Assembly (NCBI RefSeq): GCF_030028105.1
Contig: NC_092375.1
Coordinates: forward strand, 37,175,130-37,239,129
Direction of reading: 5' to 3'
DNA length: 64,000 nucleotides
DNA from: Mobula birostris
Taxonomy: Eukaryota
Part shown: one piece after another, positions 51,127 through 64,000 of the stretch
Layout: every line of letters begins with the position of its first letter
Numbering within the stretch: the first letter of the stretch is position 1
Notes under the pieces: model-generated
What the model was told of the DNA's origin: nothing
Databases searched by the model: none
The model's input: only the letters and a program-made list of their open reading frames with translations
Position numbers and translations under genes: made by a program

Positions 51127-54100
51127 TCCTCCTGCCTCCTTCTTGTAATCTTTGACACCCTGATTAATCAGAAACCTATCAACCTCCACTATGAATATAC
51201 CCAATGATGATCTGTCTGTGGAGAGGAAACAATATTTCATGTAGGGGGCCCTTGATTAGAGCTCTGAGCAGTTGGTAATTCCTCTTCGCCTTTCAAACTC
51301 CCTCTATTCCTCTGAGGTAAGCCCTTTGGTGATTTGGTCTGACCTCTCTTTTTGTGCAATTCTGTACACAGTGCTACATCAGCGCAATTTGCTTTATCTA
51401 TGTCAGGGTTAAATTTTGTTTCACATTAGGGAGACTTGTATTAGATTGTTTATCATCTGTGGCTTTGCTTGCCATCAGATCACATCCTTCCGACTCCTAT
51501 TTCATCATTGCTATCACTTTCATCATCTGGTTTAGGTGTCCTTTTTTTAGAATCAGATATAACATGCAAACTTAAAGGTCACATGCTATCCGGTTTTTTC
51601 AGATTTTAGACTGTGCAGTCTGTCCATGGCACTTATCTTCACGATCAATTAGTAGTTAGAACATAATGTTTATTTGAAACACTTTCTGCAGGGATTAATG
51701 GTTTAGAATACCAGTATACAGGACTCTATTATCTTTATGCCCCGCCAGATATAGACTGGGTTAGAAATAGGTTTGAACTTATTCAAGAATTCTTAAAAAA
51801 AGTCCTTTGAATATAATGGGTGTCCAATTTTAATAGTTATCACTTTCCGAGAGCCTATTCCACTCCTGCTGTTCTCCAAGTTACAAATGCTTGACTTATT
51901 GCATAGAATGTACTTAGGACCAAAAATGTGGAGATCGATGAGATGGTTTAACTGGCGCTAAGAGGCTGCAGGCATCTTCCGCCAGTTGGGAAAAGGACAT
52001 TTCTACAGGCCAAGCCTAGCTGGGAGTGTTGGGGCTTAATCACTAAGTCACTGAGGCTGGTTGACGGCCAATATTCCTGTGCCTGCTTGCACTCCCATCA
52101 CGCCCATTTCTGTGGTCCTCTCCCATGTGATGTTTTCATTCATTTAGAATTTACAAACTGTTCGGATTATGGGCAGTTCTCTGGTACAGAAATAGACAGG
52201 TCCCTATCCAGACCTCCTTCCTGTTTACTCACCTGTCCTGTGTTATTTCCTAATGTAGAATTTAATTTGATGGTGCTTTACCATGTTAAGGGTGCTATAT
52301 AAATACAAGTTCTCATTGTGGCAAAAGTGGCAAAGGTAGTTATTTAGTGAGTCTGATTTCCTGATGTCTGGTTTGAAGAGTTTAGGAGCAGCTTCTGTTC
52401 CCATTCCAATTCTGGAGACTATTAAGTTTTATCATTAAAGTGAGATACATTAATATTCTTCCAAATTTTCCCCATTTTATAACAAAATACCAAACACTGA
52501 TCAAAAAGGGAAGAAGGGATGCCAAATGATAATATGGAAATAAACTTGAGATAGCCATCAAAACTGATACAAAACTTTGGAATTATGGTATTCAAGGGGA
52601 ATATGAATGCTTTGAAGAGAGATCAAAGCAGCATCTCAAATGAAAATAGGGAACCAAAGACTAATAGTTTAGAGGGTTGAATAGCCCATTTGTGTTCTTA
52701 TATTATTACATATATAGGCTATTTATGCTAGCTGTAGCTTGAAGGCATAGGTTAGTGTGTGTTAGGAGTCAATTACCCTCTGCGTCATGTTCCTGCTAAC
52801 TGCTTGGTGAATAATTTAACAGATAGCTGCTGAAGCACCTTGGACAGACAGAACTACACTCAAGATAGATAGTGAACTTTACAATTATTATGCCAAAGGA
52901 CCAAGATTTCCATGGGGTAATTACACACTGTAAGAGACTTTTGCCAATGACTGTACTCAGAATGTGAGGAGTAATTACAGATCTTCAAGACTTGCCTCTC
53001 GTATTCCTGCAGGATATTTGCCCTGACCGTTATCCTCACGAGGGTGGCCCCAGGACTGCATGGTCTTTAGTCCTAACGATTATCCTTTGCAAGATTTAAA
53101 AGGAACTTGGTAAGTACGTTGATAGGAGGGGTGGTATGGAGGGCTATGTTCCAGGTGCTGGTCGATGAGACTAGGTAGAATAATAGCTCGGCATGGACTA
53201 GATGTGTCTGTTTCTGTACTGCAGTGCTCTGTTACTCTAGGACCTCAAGGAAATGGATGATTCTGCCCCTTGGATCTATGCTGAATGACAACCTACCACT
53301 AGATGAAGACTAATGTGCACTTAATGAAAAGGTTGCTTCCAATCTCAGTGAGTTCTCTAAATCATTCATCGTTATGTGCCATGTTGTTATGACATGGACA
53401 CATGCCCTGCATTCTCAGAATATTTGTGTATTATGGCAAGTGTATGCATACATCATGGTCTTTCCTTGACCATGATTGTTTCTGGCAAATTTTTACACAG
53501 ACGTGGTTTACCATTGCCTTCTTCTGGGCAGTGCCTTTACAAGACAAGTGACCCCAGCCATTATCAATACCCTTCAGAGGCTGGCAGTGGTTGCATAACC
53601 AGGACTTGTGATGGACACCAGCTGCTCATACAGCCATCCACCACTAGCTTCCAAGGCTTCACGTGAACCTGATCGGGGGGCTAAGCAGGTGCTGCACCTT
53701 GTCCAGAGGCATATCTTCACCTCGCCACTCTAAATCTCAGACAAAATTGTGTATGTTGGCGAGCCATGGCCAATGCATACATATCAAAAAAAGCATCAAC
53801 AGCTTCCACCATAACACCCAACGACAAGAGAGAATCATCGACATGTGGTGGGCACCAGAGCTGACCTGTTGAATTCACCACTCGAACACTTGTATTTTGT
53901 AAGAGCAGACTGCAGTGGGAGAGGAAAGAGAAAGGATTTGGAAAATGTTCTCCAGAGTCAGAATCAGGATTAAGTTTACTATCAGCAACATATATCATGA
54001 AATAATGTTTTGTGGCAGCAATAGAGTGAAAGACATTAAAAATCACGATAAGTTGTAATAAAAATAGATAAATAAGTAGTGCGAAAGAGGATTAGTGAGG

Positions 54101-54580
54101 TAGTGTTCGTGGACCATTCAGAAGTCTGATGGCAGAGGAGAAGAAGCTGCTCTTAAAACTTTGACTGTGGGTTTTCAGGCTTCTGTACCTCCTTCCTATT
54201 GGTAGTAATAAGAAGAGAGCATGTTCTGGATGGCGAGGGTCCTACTTAATGGATGTCGACTTCTTGAGGCCTTTTGAAGATGTCCTTGAAGGTGAGGAGG
54301 CTTGTGCACATGATGGAGTAAGAACATCTACAGGCAGGGCGTGAACACTATTCAGAATGAACTCAAAACTAGGGAGACCTTATCTGGAGACAGAACAGAA
54401 TGGTACTCCCTTTTCACCCATGGAAACCAAAGTCAGGACAAGAGATAGTTACTTGACATACTGCCTTCTCAGTAGCCCCTTTCATCACGTACACAGATGA
54501 CCACTTTGTCAGGACCTGTGTGTATAACATCTGACTCCACAGGCATAGGGGAAAGCGTAGCATCAGATGTGAAGTAACTG

Positions 54581-57500
54581 GGACTCTCCAGGAGGCACTC
54601 GTGGCGTGAGGTACACATTGGCTTCGCTCCATTCCCTTTACCTCTTTTACCTGTAACCACCCTTATTTACTTTATCTATGCCTACACTAAAGGGTTTATA
54701 CCACAAATATATCTTTGAACTTCGATTTGAACTTACTGAAAATGCTGACCAGAGGACGAGATGTTAAAAATGGGAAAGATTCTGGCGGGACCGGGAAAAA
54801 AGGTGGCGATCCCAAAGCACCTAAGCAAATTCCATTAACTTTTGAAACAATGTTGAAACTTCTAGAGGATACACTTAACCAAAGGTTTGCTATGTTTGAA
54901 GAAGTTTTGAAGACGATTCAAGATGATGTTGAATCGTTTAGACGCGAAGTCGATCAAAACAGATTAGAATTTCAGAGCTGGATGAAGCCGGTCGGAAGAG
55001 AGACCGAAAAACTGAATCCTTGGAGAAAAATCTAGCTTCGACATCTCAGCAGTTAGAACATTATAAATCAAAGATTATCGATCTCGGTGACCGAATCTGT
55101 GAATAATCGGGCTTCCCGAAGATGTTGAGACAGGCAATCCTACTAAATACTTTTCTAAATTGTTAATGGATGTGTTTGGTCCAGAAGTCTTGGAGGCTCC
55201 CCCTTCCCATTGCTAGATCGTGCACATCGTACTTTATGCCCCAAACCTTCCAAAGAATTTAAACCGAGGCCTATTATTGTTTGGTTTCACTATGTTCATA
55301 TTAAGGATCGAGTGATACAAGCTGCTCGGCAGAAAGGTATGATCGAATTTCAAAGTTTCAGATTTCACATTGTTGAGGATTTCAACCAAGAAGTATTGAG
55401 GGAATGGATGGCTTTTAAATCACAGATATCAGAACTTTATCGTAAGGGCTTCAAATTAGCGTCGCTGTTCCCAGCGTGTCTGAGGATTGCTCTGGCGGAT
55501 AACTCTCATCGTTTGTTTAAGACTCCGGACGAAGCTCAAAGTTTTCTCGACAATCTGTCTTCCTCTGCTAAGGACTAATTAATGTACTGTTTTTTTTTCT
55601 TTTTTCTAACTTGCTTTTCGTTTTTTTAAAAAAAAGCTAATATCTAGCTTACAGATTTAGATTTCTATATTTTGAGGGTTCTTTCCTTGGTTTTGTAGTG
55701 TAGGTATTTTTCGTACTTTTGAATAAAAGTATTCTTTTTTTCTTTTTCGTTAGTGATTTTGTATTTTTCACTTCTAATCTTTTTCTTTTGAGAGTAATTA
55801 AGTAGTAGATTCAGTGTTTGATTTTCCTTTTCTTTGAAAATTTATTGGAGAAGTATTACATCTTAAGATGGTGGATTGCTCTCTCCTTCTTCTCAGAATT
55901 TATTTTTTCTTGCTGTGTCATTTCCGATCATTTATATATGAAAAAACTAATAATATGAGTTGGTGCTTGGTCTCTTTTTTTTTGAAATATGAGTAAGAAG
56001 AAACTATTTTATGTTTGTAATTGTTGTAATCTTTTCTTTACATTTATACTAATTGCTTTTTTTACTTTTTTGACCATGGGCAGTGTTTTTTAAGAAAATC
56101 ATTTCTTTTGGGTTGCCTTCTGGAGAGATGGGGTTAGATTTAGTATTAGATTTAGCATTGGCCACTTACTGGCTTTTTCTGGGTTTTTGTGGAAGGGGGT
56201 GGTATTTTTTGTTCTTACTTTTAATTTAGATTTTTTCTTTAAATGGGCTGACTTGAAACTACCAAAATGTCTGAAATGTTGTGACTTCCAGTTCCTCTTT
56301 GAACCTTTTTTCTTTTTCCGGGGTTATGAGTTTGTATTCTGGTTAACCCTTTACAAACCTTATGTTCAATTTCAGTACTATGGATAAGATTACTAATTTG
56401 ATTCCTTAGAATACAAATGGTTTAAACCACCCAATTAAACGGAAGAAAATTTTAAAAGTATTCCATAGGATGAATGCTGATATTATTTTCGTACAAGAAA
56501 CTCATGTGCAGAAAGAGGATAATCAGCGATTTTTTTAGGTTTTGGAAGGAACAACAGTACCATTCGAATTCACAAGCCAAAGTGAAAGGCGTTTCTATTT
56601 TTATAGATCCTTCAATTTCCTTTGTGCATTATGAGACTATTTCAGATCCGAATGGTAGTTTTTGTTAATTACTGGTTTGTTATTTAACAAAAAAGTTGTT
56701 GTGGTTAATGTTTACGCTCCAAATGTTGATTGTCCTGAATTTTTTAAACATCTCTTTACATCCCTTCCTAACTTAAATGATTATATGTTGATTATGGGTG
56801 GAGATTTCAACCGTTGTTTAAATTCTTTGATGGATAGATATATGTCTAATCAGGCACTTCCGAACAAATTGGCTACTCTTATTAACTCTTTTATGGTTGA
56901 CTCTGGAATTTCAGAAATTTGGAGATTCTTACACCTCAAAGATAAAGAGTTTTCACATGTATATCATCATTATTCTAGAACTGATTACTTCCTTATTGAC
57001 TCTCGATTAATTCCACTTGTTATTGACTGCAAATATGACTCCATTGCTGTCTCCGATCATGCGCCATTGAAACTATCTATTAAGTCAATGGATACATCTT
57101 CTAGTACTAGACAATGGCGATATAATACCACTTTGCTTCAGAACTCGGACTTTGTTAATTTTATTGAGGAATGGATTAATTTTTTCTTCACAACGAATTT
57201 TATGGAGGGTATTTCCAGCGGGGTACTATGGGGCACTTTTAAAGCATATATTCCTGGACTGAAAAAGTGAGCTAATAATGAAATACTTAAGCTGGTTGAC
57301 AAGATCAAAGAAATTGACAAGAAATATTCTATTGCTCTTAATCAGGAGCTTTATAAAGAGAGAGTCGAACTTCACATGGAACACAGTCTATTACTATCAT
57401 CTTCGATTGAAAATCAATTTATTAAAACTAGGAGTCAATTCTATATACATGGTGATAAAACTGGGAAACTACTAGCTAATCAACTGAAACCGGCTTCAGT

Positions 57501-60464
57501 TAAACACCAGATTGTTAAGATTCGTAAAAAAGATGGTAATCTGACGGTCGATCATGATGAGATAAACAAATCCTTTCAAGAATTTTATACCTCTCTATAC
57601 CAATCAAAATTTCCTGATGACTCCACTATAATGCACGAATTGAATATTCCAAAATTACCACCCAATAAACGTTTAAAACTAGATGTACCTATTATGGTAG
57701 AAGAAATAAAAAATGCTATTTTCTCGATGAATTCAGGTAAAACACCTGATCCAGACAGTTATACAGTAGAACTTTTTAAATCCTTCTCTACTATACTTTC
57801 TCCTTGGTTATGTAGAACCTTTAGGGATGCAGCATCTATAAGTAAATTACCACAATCTTTTTATCGAGCTTCTATTCCCCTAATTCTTATAAAAGATAAG
57901 GATCCTACTGAATGTGCATCTTATAGGCCTATACCTTTGCTAAATGTGGATTCTAAGATTTTTTCTAAAATATTGGCAACGAGACTGGAGAATGCATTGC
58001 CTCAAATTATTTCTGTCGATCAGACTGGATTTATTAAAAATCGTTACTCCTTCTTTAACATTAGGAGATTAATGAATATTGTTTATGCTTCCTCACCTAG
58101 AACTCCAGAATCCATCATCTTATTGGACACTGAGAAAGCTTTTGATTGGACATATTTGTTTAGTACGCTTGAGAAATTTAATTTTAGTCCGATATTTTTA
58201 TCTTGGATTAAATTGATATACCCTACTCCTTTGGCTTCAGTATTTACCAATAATCAAAGATATCCCATTTTTTCAGTTATTTCGTGGTACTAGGCAGGGT
58301 TGCCCTCTTAGTCCCTTATTATTCGAAATTGCCCTGGAACTGTTAGCTATTGATATTCGTCACTCTCCTTTGGTATTACCCGTGGGAATGAGATACATAA
58401 ATTATCACTATATGCAGATGATTTACTATTACCTGTATATATTTCTAACCCTGAGAAATCCTTTCCGGCAGTATTATCTCTGCTTGCTCAGTTTAGTAGT
58501 TTTTCTGGTTACAAATTGAATCTTATAGGCCTATATCTTTGCTGAATGTGGATTCTAAGATTTTTTCTAAAATATTGGCAACGAGACTGGAGAATGCATT
58601 GCCTCAAATTATTTCTGTCGATCAGACTGGATTTATTAAAAATCGTTACTCCTTCTTTAACATTAGGAGATTAATGCATATTGTTTATGCTTCCTCACCT
58701 AGAACTCCAGAATCCGTCATCTTATTGGACACTGAGAAAGCTGAGAATCAATGTTATTAAAATGATTATTCTACCTAAATTTTTATATCTATTTCAAGCG
58801 GTACCAATTTTTATTCCTAAATCTTTTTTTGATACTATTGATTCTAAAATTTCCTCTTATATGTGGCAGAATAAAAATCCCAGGTTAAGTAAAAAATATT
58901 TACAGAAGTCCAAGAAAGATGGTGGTTTAGCATTGCAGAATGTAAGATTCTATTACTGGGCAATTAATATTCGATATTTAATATTTTGGACACAAGATTG
59001 GGATATAATTCCAAGTCCACAATGGGTAAACCTTGAAGGTCACTCTGTCCAAGGGTTTGCATTGATTTCTATTTTAGGAACTTCACTTCCCTTTGTATTT
59101 TCTAAATTGAATAAACAAATTGTTAATCCAATAATTAAACATACATTACGAACATGGTTCCAATTTCGTAAATTTTTTGGCTTGAACAAATTTATATTAT
59201 CAAGCCCTATTATATCTAATTTTTTCCCAACGCTCTGTTATGAATCAAGTTTTTTTGATATGGAAAATGAAGGGTATAACATGTTTCCGTGATTTATTTC
59301 TGAATAACTGTTTCATGTCTTTTGAACAGTTATCTAATAAATATAACTTGCCCAGATCCCATTTTTTTAGATATTTACAAATAAGAAATTTTTTAAATAC
59401 CATGCTGCCTACCTTTCTGATATCACACTCTATTGATATCATGGACAAAATTTTGGGTTTAAATCCTTATCAGAAGGGATTAATAGCAACTATTTATGAT
59501 CTAATTATGAAAATACAGCCAGGTATATCCGATAAAATTAAAAATGAATGGGAAAGGCAACTTCAACTTCGCCTACCTATAGAGAAATGGGAAAAAATCT
59601 TTCAATTAGTTAGCTCTTCCTCTATATGTGCTAAACATACACTGATACAATTTAAGGAAGTGCATAGGGCCCACATGTCTAAAGATAAACTAGCTTGTTT
59701 TTACTCCCATATAAATCCTGTTTGTTGCAAATGTCACTCTGAGGTGGCTTCTTGGCCCTGTCTCGGGAAAATTTTGGAAAGATATTTTTGATATTATTTC
59801 AACAGTTTTGCGTTTTGATTTACAACCTTATCCTATTACGGCAATTTTTGGTTTGCCAATGACGGAACATAGATCTTTATCCTCTTCAGCTTGTTGGATG
59901 ATCGCACTTGTTACATTAATGGCCAGAAGATCCATTTTATTGAATTGGAAAGAGACCAACTCCCCTACTACATTTCAATGGTTTTCCCAAACTATATCAT
60001 GTTTAAATTTAGAAAAAATCAGAAGAAACATTTTTGATCCTTCGGTTAAATTTGAAGAGACTTGGAAGCCACTTATTCAACATTTTCATATGATGTAGTT
60101 TGACCTTTTCCGTATCCTTTTTATTAACTTAGAATATATGAATAGAGGTGCAGAGTTGACGACATTAATGAATGTATTCGATCTAATATATTGGTTCAGC
60201 CTTGTTTTGTTCTGTTTGCTTTTTTTTTGGGTTTAGCCATTAGTTTTTTTTTTAGTTTTTTTTTGTTTTGGGATTTTTTTCTTTGCAATATCCTTTTCTT
60301 CATGATTAACTATATTAAAAGTTTGGAAGTCTATTACACTTGTACTATTTGTAGTCTTTTTTGTATATGTTTATTAACAATAAGGTAATTCTAATCTCTT
60401 TGTATCACTATTGTTATTATGTTGATGAACTTGAAAATTAATAAAAAGCTTAAAAAAGAAAGAG
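54581..60464 (+). mobile_element. Full-length but mutated L1 LINE (ORF1 about 54743-55578, ORF2 about 56380-60098)
   Basis: ORF1 LDRAHRTL..KPRPIIVWFH; APE (DIIFVQETH, VNVYAPN, GGDFN, SDHAPL); RT; C-terminal zinc-knuckle region; AATAAA and A-rich tail; perfect 16-bp TSD AGATGTGAAGTAACTG at 54565-54580 and 60465-60480. Confidence 0.95.
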
Positions 60465-60660
60465 AGATGTGAAGTAACTGCAAGATCCATCGTCATGTTG
60501 ACAAATGGATACTAACAAGACCAGCAGAGCAGCTCTCAAATACTGTACAATTAATTGCAACATTTTTAGGTTCTGCTTCAGTTTGTTTGCATGCATGCTT
60601 ATTAGTTTAGAGGTTTTAAAATATTGTATCACAAATAGACAAATATGCACTGATGCATGC

Positions 60661-62360
60661 ACCACCACTCTGCTCCATCTAGTGGAATTAGTCCTTACTC
60701 TTAATAATTTCTCCTTTGGCTCCTCCCACTTCCTCCAAACTAAAGGTGTAGCTATGGGCACCCGTATGGGTCCTAGCTATGCCTGCCTTTTTGTTGGGTT
60801 TGTGGAACAATCTATGTTCCGTGCCTATTCTGGTGTCTGTCCCCCACTTTTCCTTCGCTACATCGATGACTGCATTGGCGCTGCTTCCCGCACGCATGCA
60901 GAACTCGTTGACTTTATTAACTTTGCCTCCAACTTTCACCCTGCCCGCAAGTTTATCTGGTCCATTTCCGACACCTGCCTCTCCTTTCTAGATCTTTCTG
61001 TCTCTGTCTCTGGAGACAGCTTATCCACTGATGTCTACTATAAGCCTACTGACTCTCACAGCTATCTGGACTATTCCTCTTCTCACCCTGTCTCTTGCAA
61101 AAACGCCATCCCCTTCTCGAAATTCCTCCGTCTCCGCCGCATCTGATCTCAGGATGAGGCTTTTCAAACTAGGACGAGGGAGATGTCTTTCTTTTTTAAA
61201 GAAAGGGGCTTCCCTTCCTCCACTATCAACTCTGCTCTTAAATGCATCTCCCCCATTTCACGTACATCTGCTCTCACTCCATCCTCCCGCCACTCCACTA
61301 GGAATAGGGTTCCCCTGGTCCTCACCTACCACCCCACCAGCCTCCGGGTCCAACATATTATTCTCCGTAACTTCCGCCACCTCCAACGGGATCCCACCAC
61401 TAAGCACATCTTTCCCTACCCCCCTCTCTCTGCATTCCGCAGGGATCGCTCCCTACGCAACTCCCTTGTCCATTCGTCCCCCCCATCCCTCCCCACTGAT
61501 CTCCTTCCTGGCACTTATCCGTGTAAGCGGAACAAGTGCTACACATGCCCTTACACTTCCTCCCTTACCACCATTCAGGGCCCCAAACAGTCCTTCCAGG
61601 TGAGGCAACACTTCACCTGTGAGTCGACTGGGGTGATATACTGCATCAGGTGCTCCCGATGTGGCCTTTTATATATTGGCAAGACCCAACGCAGACTGGG
61701 AGACCACTTTGCTGAACATCTACGCTCTGTCCGCCAGAGAAAGCAGGATCTCCCAGTGGCCACACATTTTAATTCCACATCCCATTCCCATTCTGACATG
61801 TCTATCCACGGCCTCCTCTACTGTAAAGATGAAGCCACAGTCAGGTTGGAGGAACAACACCTTATATTCCGTCTGGGTAGCCTCCAACCTGATGGCATGA
61901 ACATCGACTTCTCTAACTTCTGCTAATGCCCCACCTCCCCCTCGTACCCCATCTGTTACTTATTTTTATACACACATTCTTTCTCTCACTCTCCTTTTTC
62001 TCCCTCTGTCCCTCTGAATATACCTCTTGCCCATCCTCTGGGTCCCCCCCCCCCCTTGTCTTTCTTCCCGGACCTCCTGTCCCATGATCCTCTCGTATCC
62101 CCTTTTGCCAATCACCTGTCCAGCTCTTGGCTCTATCCCTCCCCCTCCTGTCTTCTCCTATCATTTTGGATCTCCCCCTCCCCCTCCAACTTTCAAATCC
62201 CTTACTCACTCTTCCTTCAGTTAGTCCTGACGAAGGGTCTCGGCCTGAAATGTCGACTGCATCTCTTCCTACAGATGCTGCCTGGCCTGCTGCGTTCACC
62301 AGCAACTTTGATGTGTGTTGCTTGAATTTCCAGCATCTGCAGAATTCCTGTTGTTTGCGT
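60661..62360 (+). mobile_element. Penelope-like element (RT C-terminal part, GIY-YIG, terminal repeat)
   Basis: QTKGVAMGTRMGPSYACLFVG, FLRYIDDCIG, SFLDLSV, DVYYKPTDSHSYL, GIY-YIG YIGKTQRRL. Confidence 0.93.
62223..62258 (+). ncRNA. Minimal hammerhead ribozyme copy with one substitution (GAAAT instead of GAAAC)
   Basis: Same architecture as 35327-35362; the change breaks the ACGU palindrome. Confidence 0.6.
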
Positions 62361-62699
62361 AATTATTTTTTTTACCTCATTTGCTCAATTCAACTGCTCA
62401 CCTCTGCATTTCTTCCTGCTATTTCAACTCAACATGTTTCTATTAAACAAATGTCAGTTAGTTGTAAATTACTTCAGATGCAAGTCAAGTCTGGAATGAT
62501 GAACTCTCATTATGGTCTTGCTATTCAAATGTTTAAGGATAATTTCAGATTCTTATCAATGATGTTGAATAATTAGTTCTGATAGATGTGACCTCCCTGC
62601 AGTGTTCTCAGTCAGATTTTCCCCATCTGTTTCTTCTGATGTTTTACTGTGTCAAATTCTTTGAAACAGTTTCAGACTTTCACTTCACCAGTACGATAT

Positions 62700-64000
62700 T
62701 GTAACTCTCGGTTTTGCTAGTGGTTTAATCTAGGGGAAGACAGCCCTTGGCCAGGCCAAACTTAAGAAATCATGTTTGGGTGAATGCTGCACAATATGTC
62801 CCCTGCTACAAATCAGTACCACAAAATAACAAACAGTACACAATATGCAATTAAATGATTGAGCTTTATAATTCTTAATTTGACTATATGTTTAGTAAAG
62901 AAACAAAGAAAGGGCCCATTCTCATGAAACAGTCTAATGTGCAATGTTAGAGCTCAATGATAAGGCCGTTCGTTCACCATCAACCTCCTCCGATCGTCAC
63001 TGACCATCAGACCCTCGCTCCAAGTCCACTCTGTCCTGCAGTCTACCAACTCTCTCCATTCACGTCTTCTCTCCTCATCTCTCCCTGGAAAAAGACCTTA
63101 AAATATCTGCTCCCAGACCCACAAGAAAGAACAATATCCCTCTCATTGGATAGCCCCACATTCCAAAGCCCCTGTTATCTCTAGTCATAACCCAAATATT
63201 ACTGCTACAGAGAAACAATTAAGTTAGCAGTGAGACATTACATTAGCAGTGAAACCTTACAGCGTGTTACACTCTCCCCCCCACCAAATTTAGTCATGTC
63301 TTCATGACATTGAGATAATTTGCCAACCCTTCCTGCAAAACACAAAGTCTAATCCAGGTGTAAAAGGCAGTGACATAGCTTCCCAACACAGTAGGGGTCA
63401 CACTCTTGTTCCCCTGGTGTTATGTAGGCCAACCTATCCGATGGTCTCCTAATTCTCTGAGACCTCCATACCCCCTCACCTAACTCTTCAGGCTCAGGCA
63501 CTACTGGGGATAATTCTGGTCTACCTGGTGAGGCCTCCCCCGACCTATCACTTGTTCCCACCTGCAACTCGGTCCCCTCTGTCCCGTGGCCAAGCCACAC
63601 TTCATCCCTTGCAAGGTCCTGCTGCAACCCAGGCTGACCACAGATAGTCACCCCACCCCCCCCCACTTCACCTGACTTAGCAGGAGAAGGGCTGGAAGTC
63701 TCTTCCTCAGTCAATGTGGAGTTAGCAAAAGGCAGCATACACCACACATCCAGGTCCTCATCCTCCGAATCAGTATCCCTCTCAGGGGTGGGGGCCGGCC
63801 TAACCTCACATGCTGTGGGCCCTGCAGTTGCCCCGTGTTTCTGCAGAGTCCTCTTACTAGGTGTAGGCTCCAAGTCGGGCTCTGGGTCTACCTGCACCTC
63901 TTGTCCCAGGGGCAACAGGTGGTTCCAATGCAGAATCTTGACAAGCCCCTTCCCCTCCTCTGGTTTCACCCAGAAAACTAGTGGGCTTGGCATTTGACTC
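62700..64000 (-). mobile_element. Gypsy-type element 3' end: integrase tail, polypurine tract, 3' LTR (62700-63271); continues beyond the window
   Basis: KPEEGKGLVKILHWNHLLPL, VWRSQRIRRPSDRL; tract ggggggagag; LTR termini TGTAAC...GTTACA. Confidence 0.82.

Noticed and set aside
52870-53050. Possible retroviral env-like remnant (RIPAGY)
   Set aside because: Single weak motif, several stops, no LTR or pol context.
54414-60560. Removing the L1 rejoins a short minus frame (DDGSCSYFTSDATLSPMPVESDVIH) faintly like a C1 strand
   Set aside because: Lacks the C1 Cys, Trp and His pattern and splice signals; ends in a stop.
446-63997. Most short ORFs in the supplied track
   Set aside because: They are TE fragments, antisense shadows of TE or Ig exons, or chance frames. 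No tRNA, rRNA or CRISPR array was recognised.

Overview
Vertebrate genomic DNA. The repeat families (CR1, Penelope, Rex1, L1/Tx1, RTE, Gypsy) point to a cartilaginous fish, probably a ray (inference). The one clearly supported host gene is a minus-strand immunoglobulin-superfamily gene with three phase-1 exons: leader (28514-28457), a germline-joined VJ-type V domain with a CD28-family-like IPPP motif (25193-24828) and a C1 domain (22758-22453). No intact transmembrane exon was found; read-through of the C1 donor gives a tailpiece-like C-terminus with AATAAA right after the stop. A CpG island with NRF1/CCAAT motifs lies just downstream. The first ~9 kb is AT-rich, has few recognisable repeats and could not be assigned. 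The rest is mostly transposon debris with several reconstructable events: (i) a Gypsy element split into oppositely oriented halves that share a 5-bp target-site duplication (TSD), implying a ~7 kb inversion; (ii) a nested Gypsy element whose RT/RNaseH/integrase core is replaced by an intronless RBM25 fragment; (iii) a full-length L1 with a 16-bp TSD and an internal duplication-replacement; (iv) a twin-primed L1; (v) Penelope ends carrying minimal hammerhead ribozymes. All family assignments are by eye from remembered motifs; no database searches were run.
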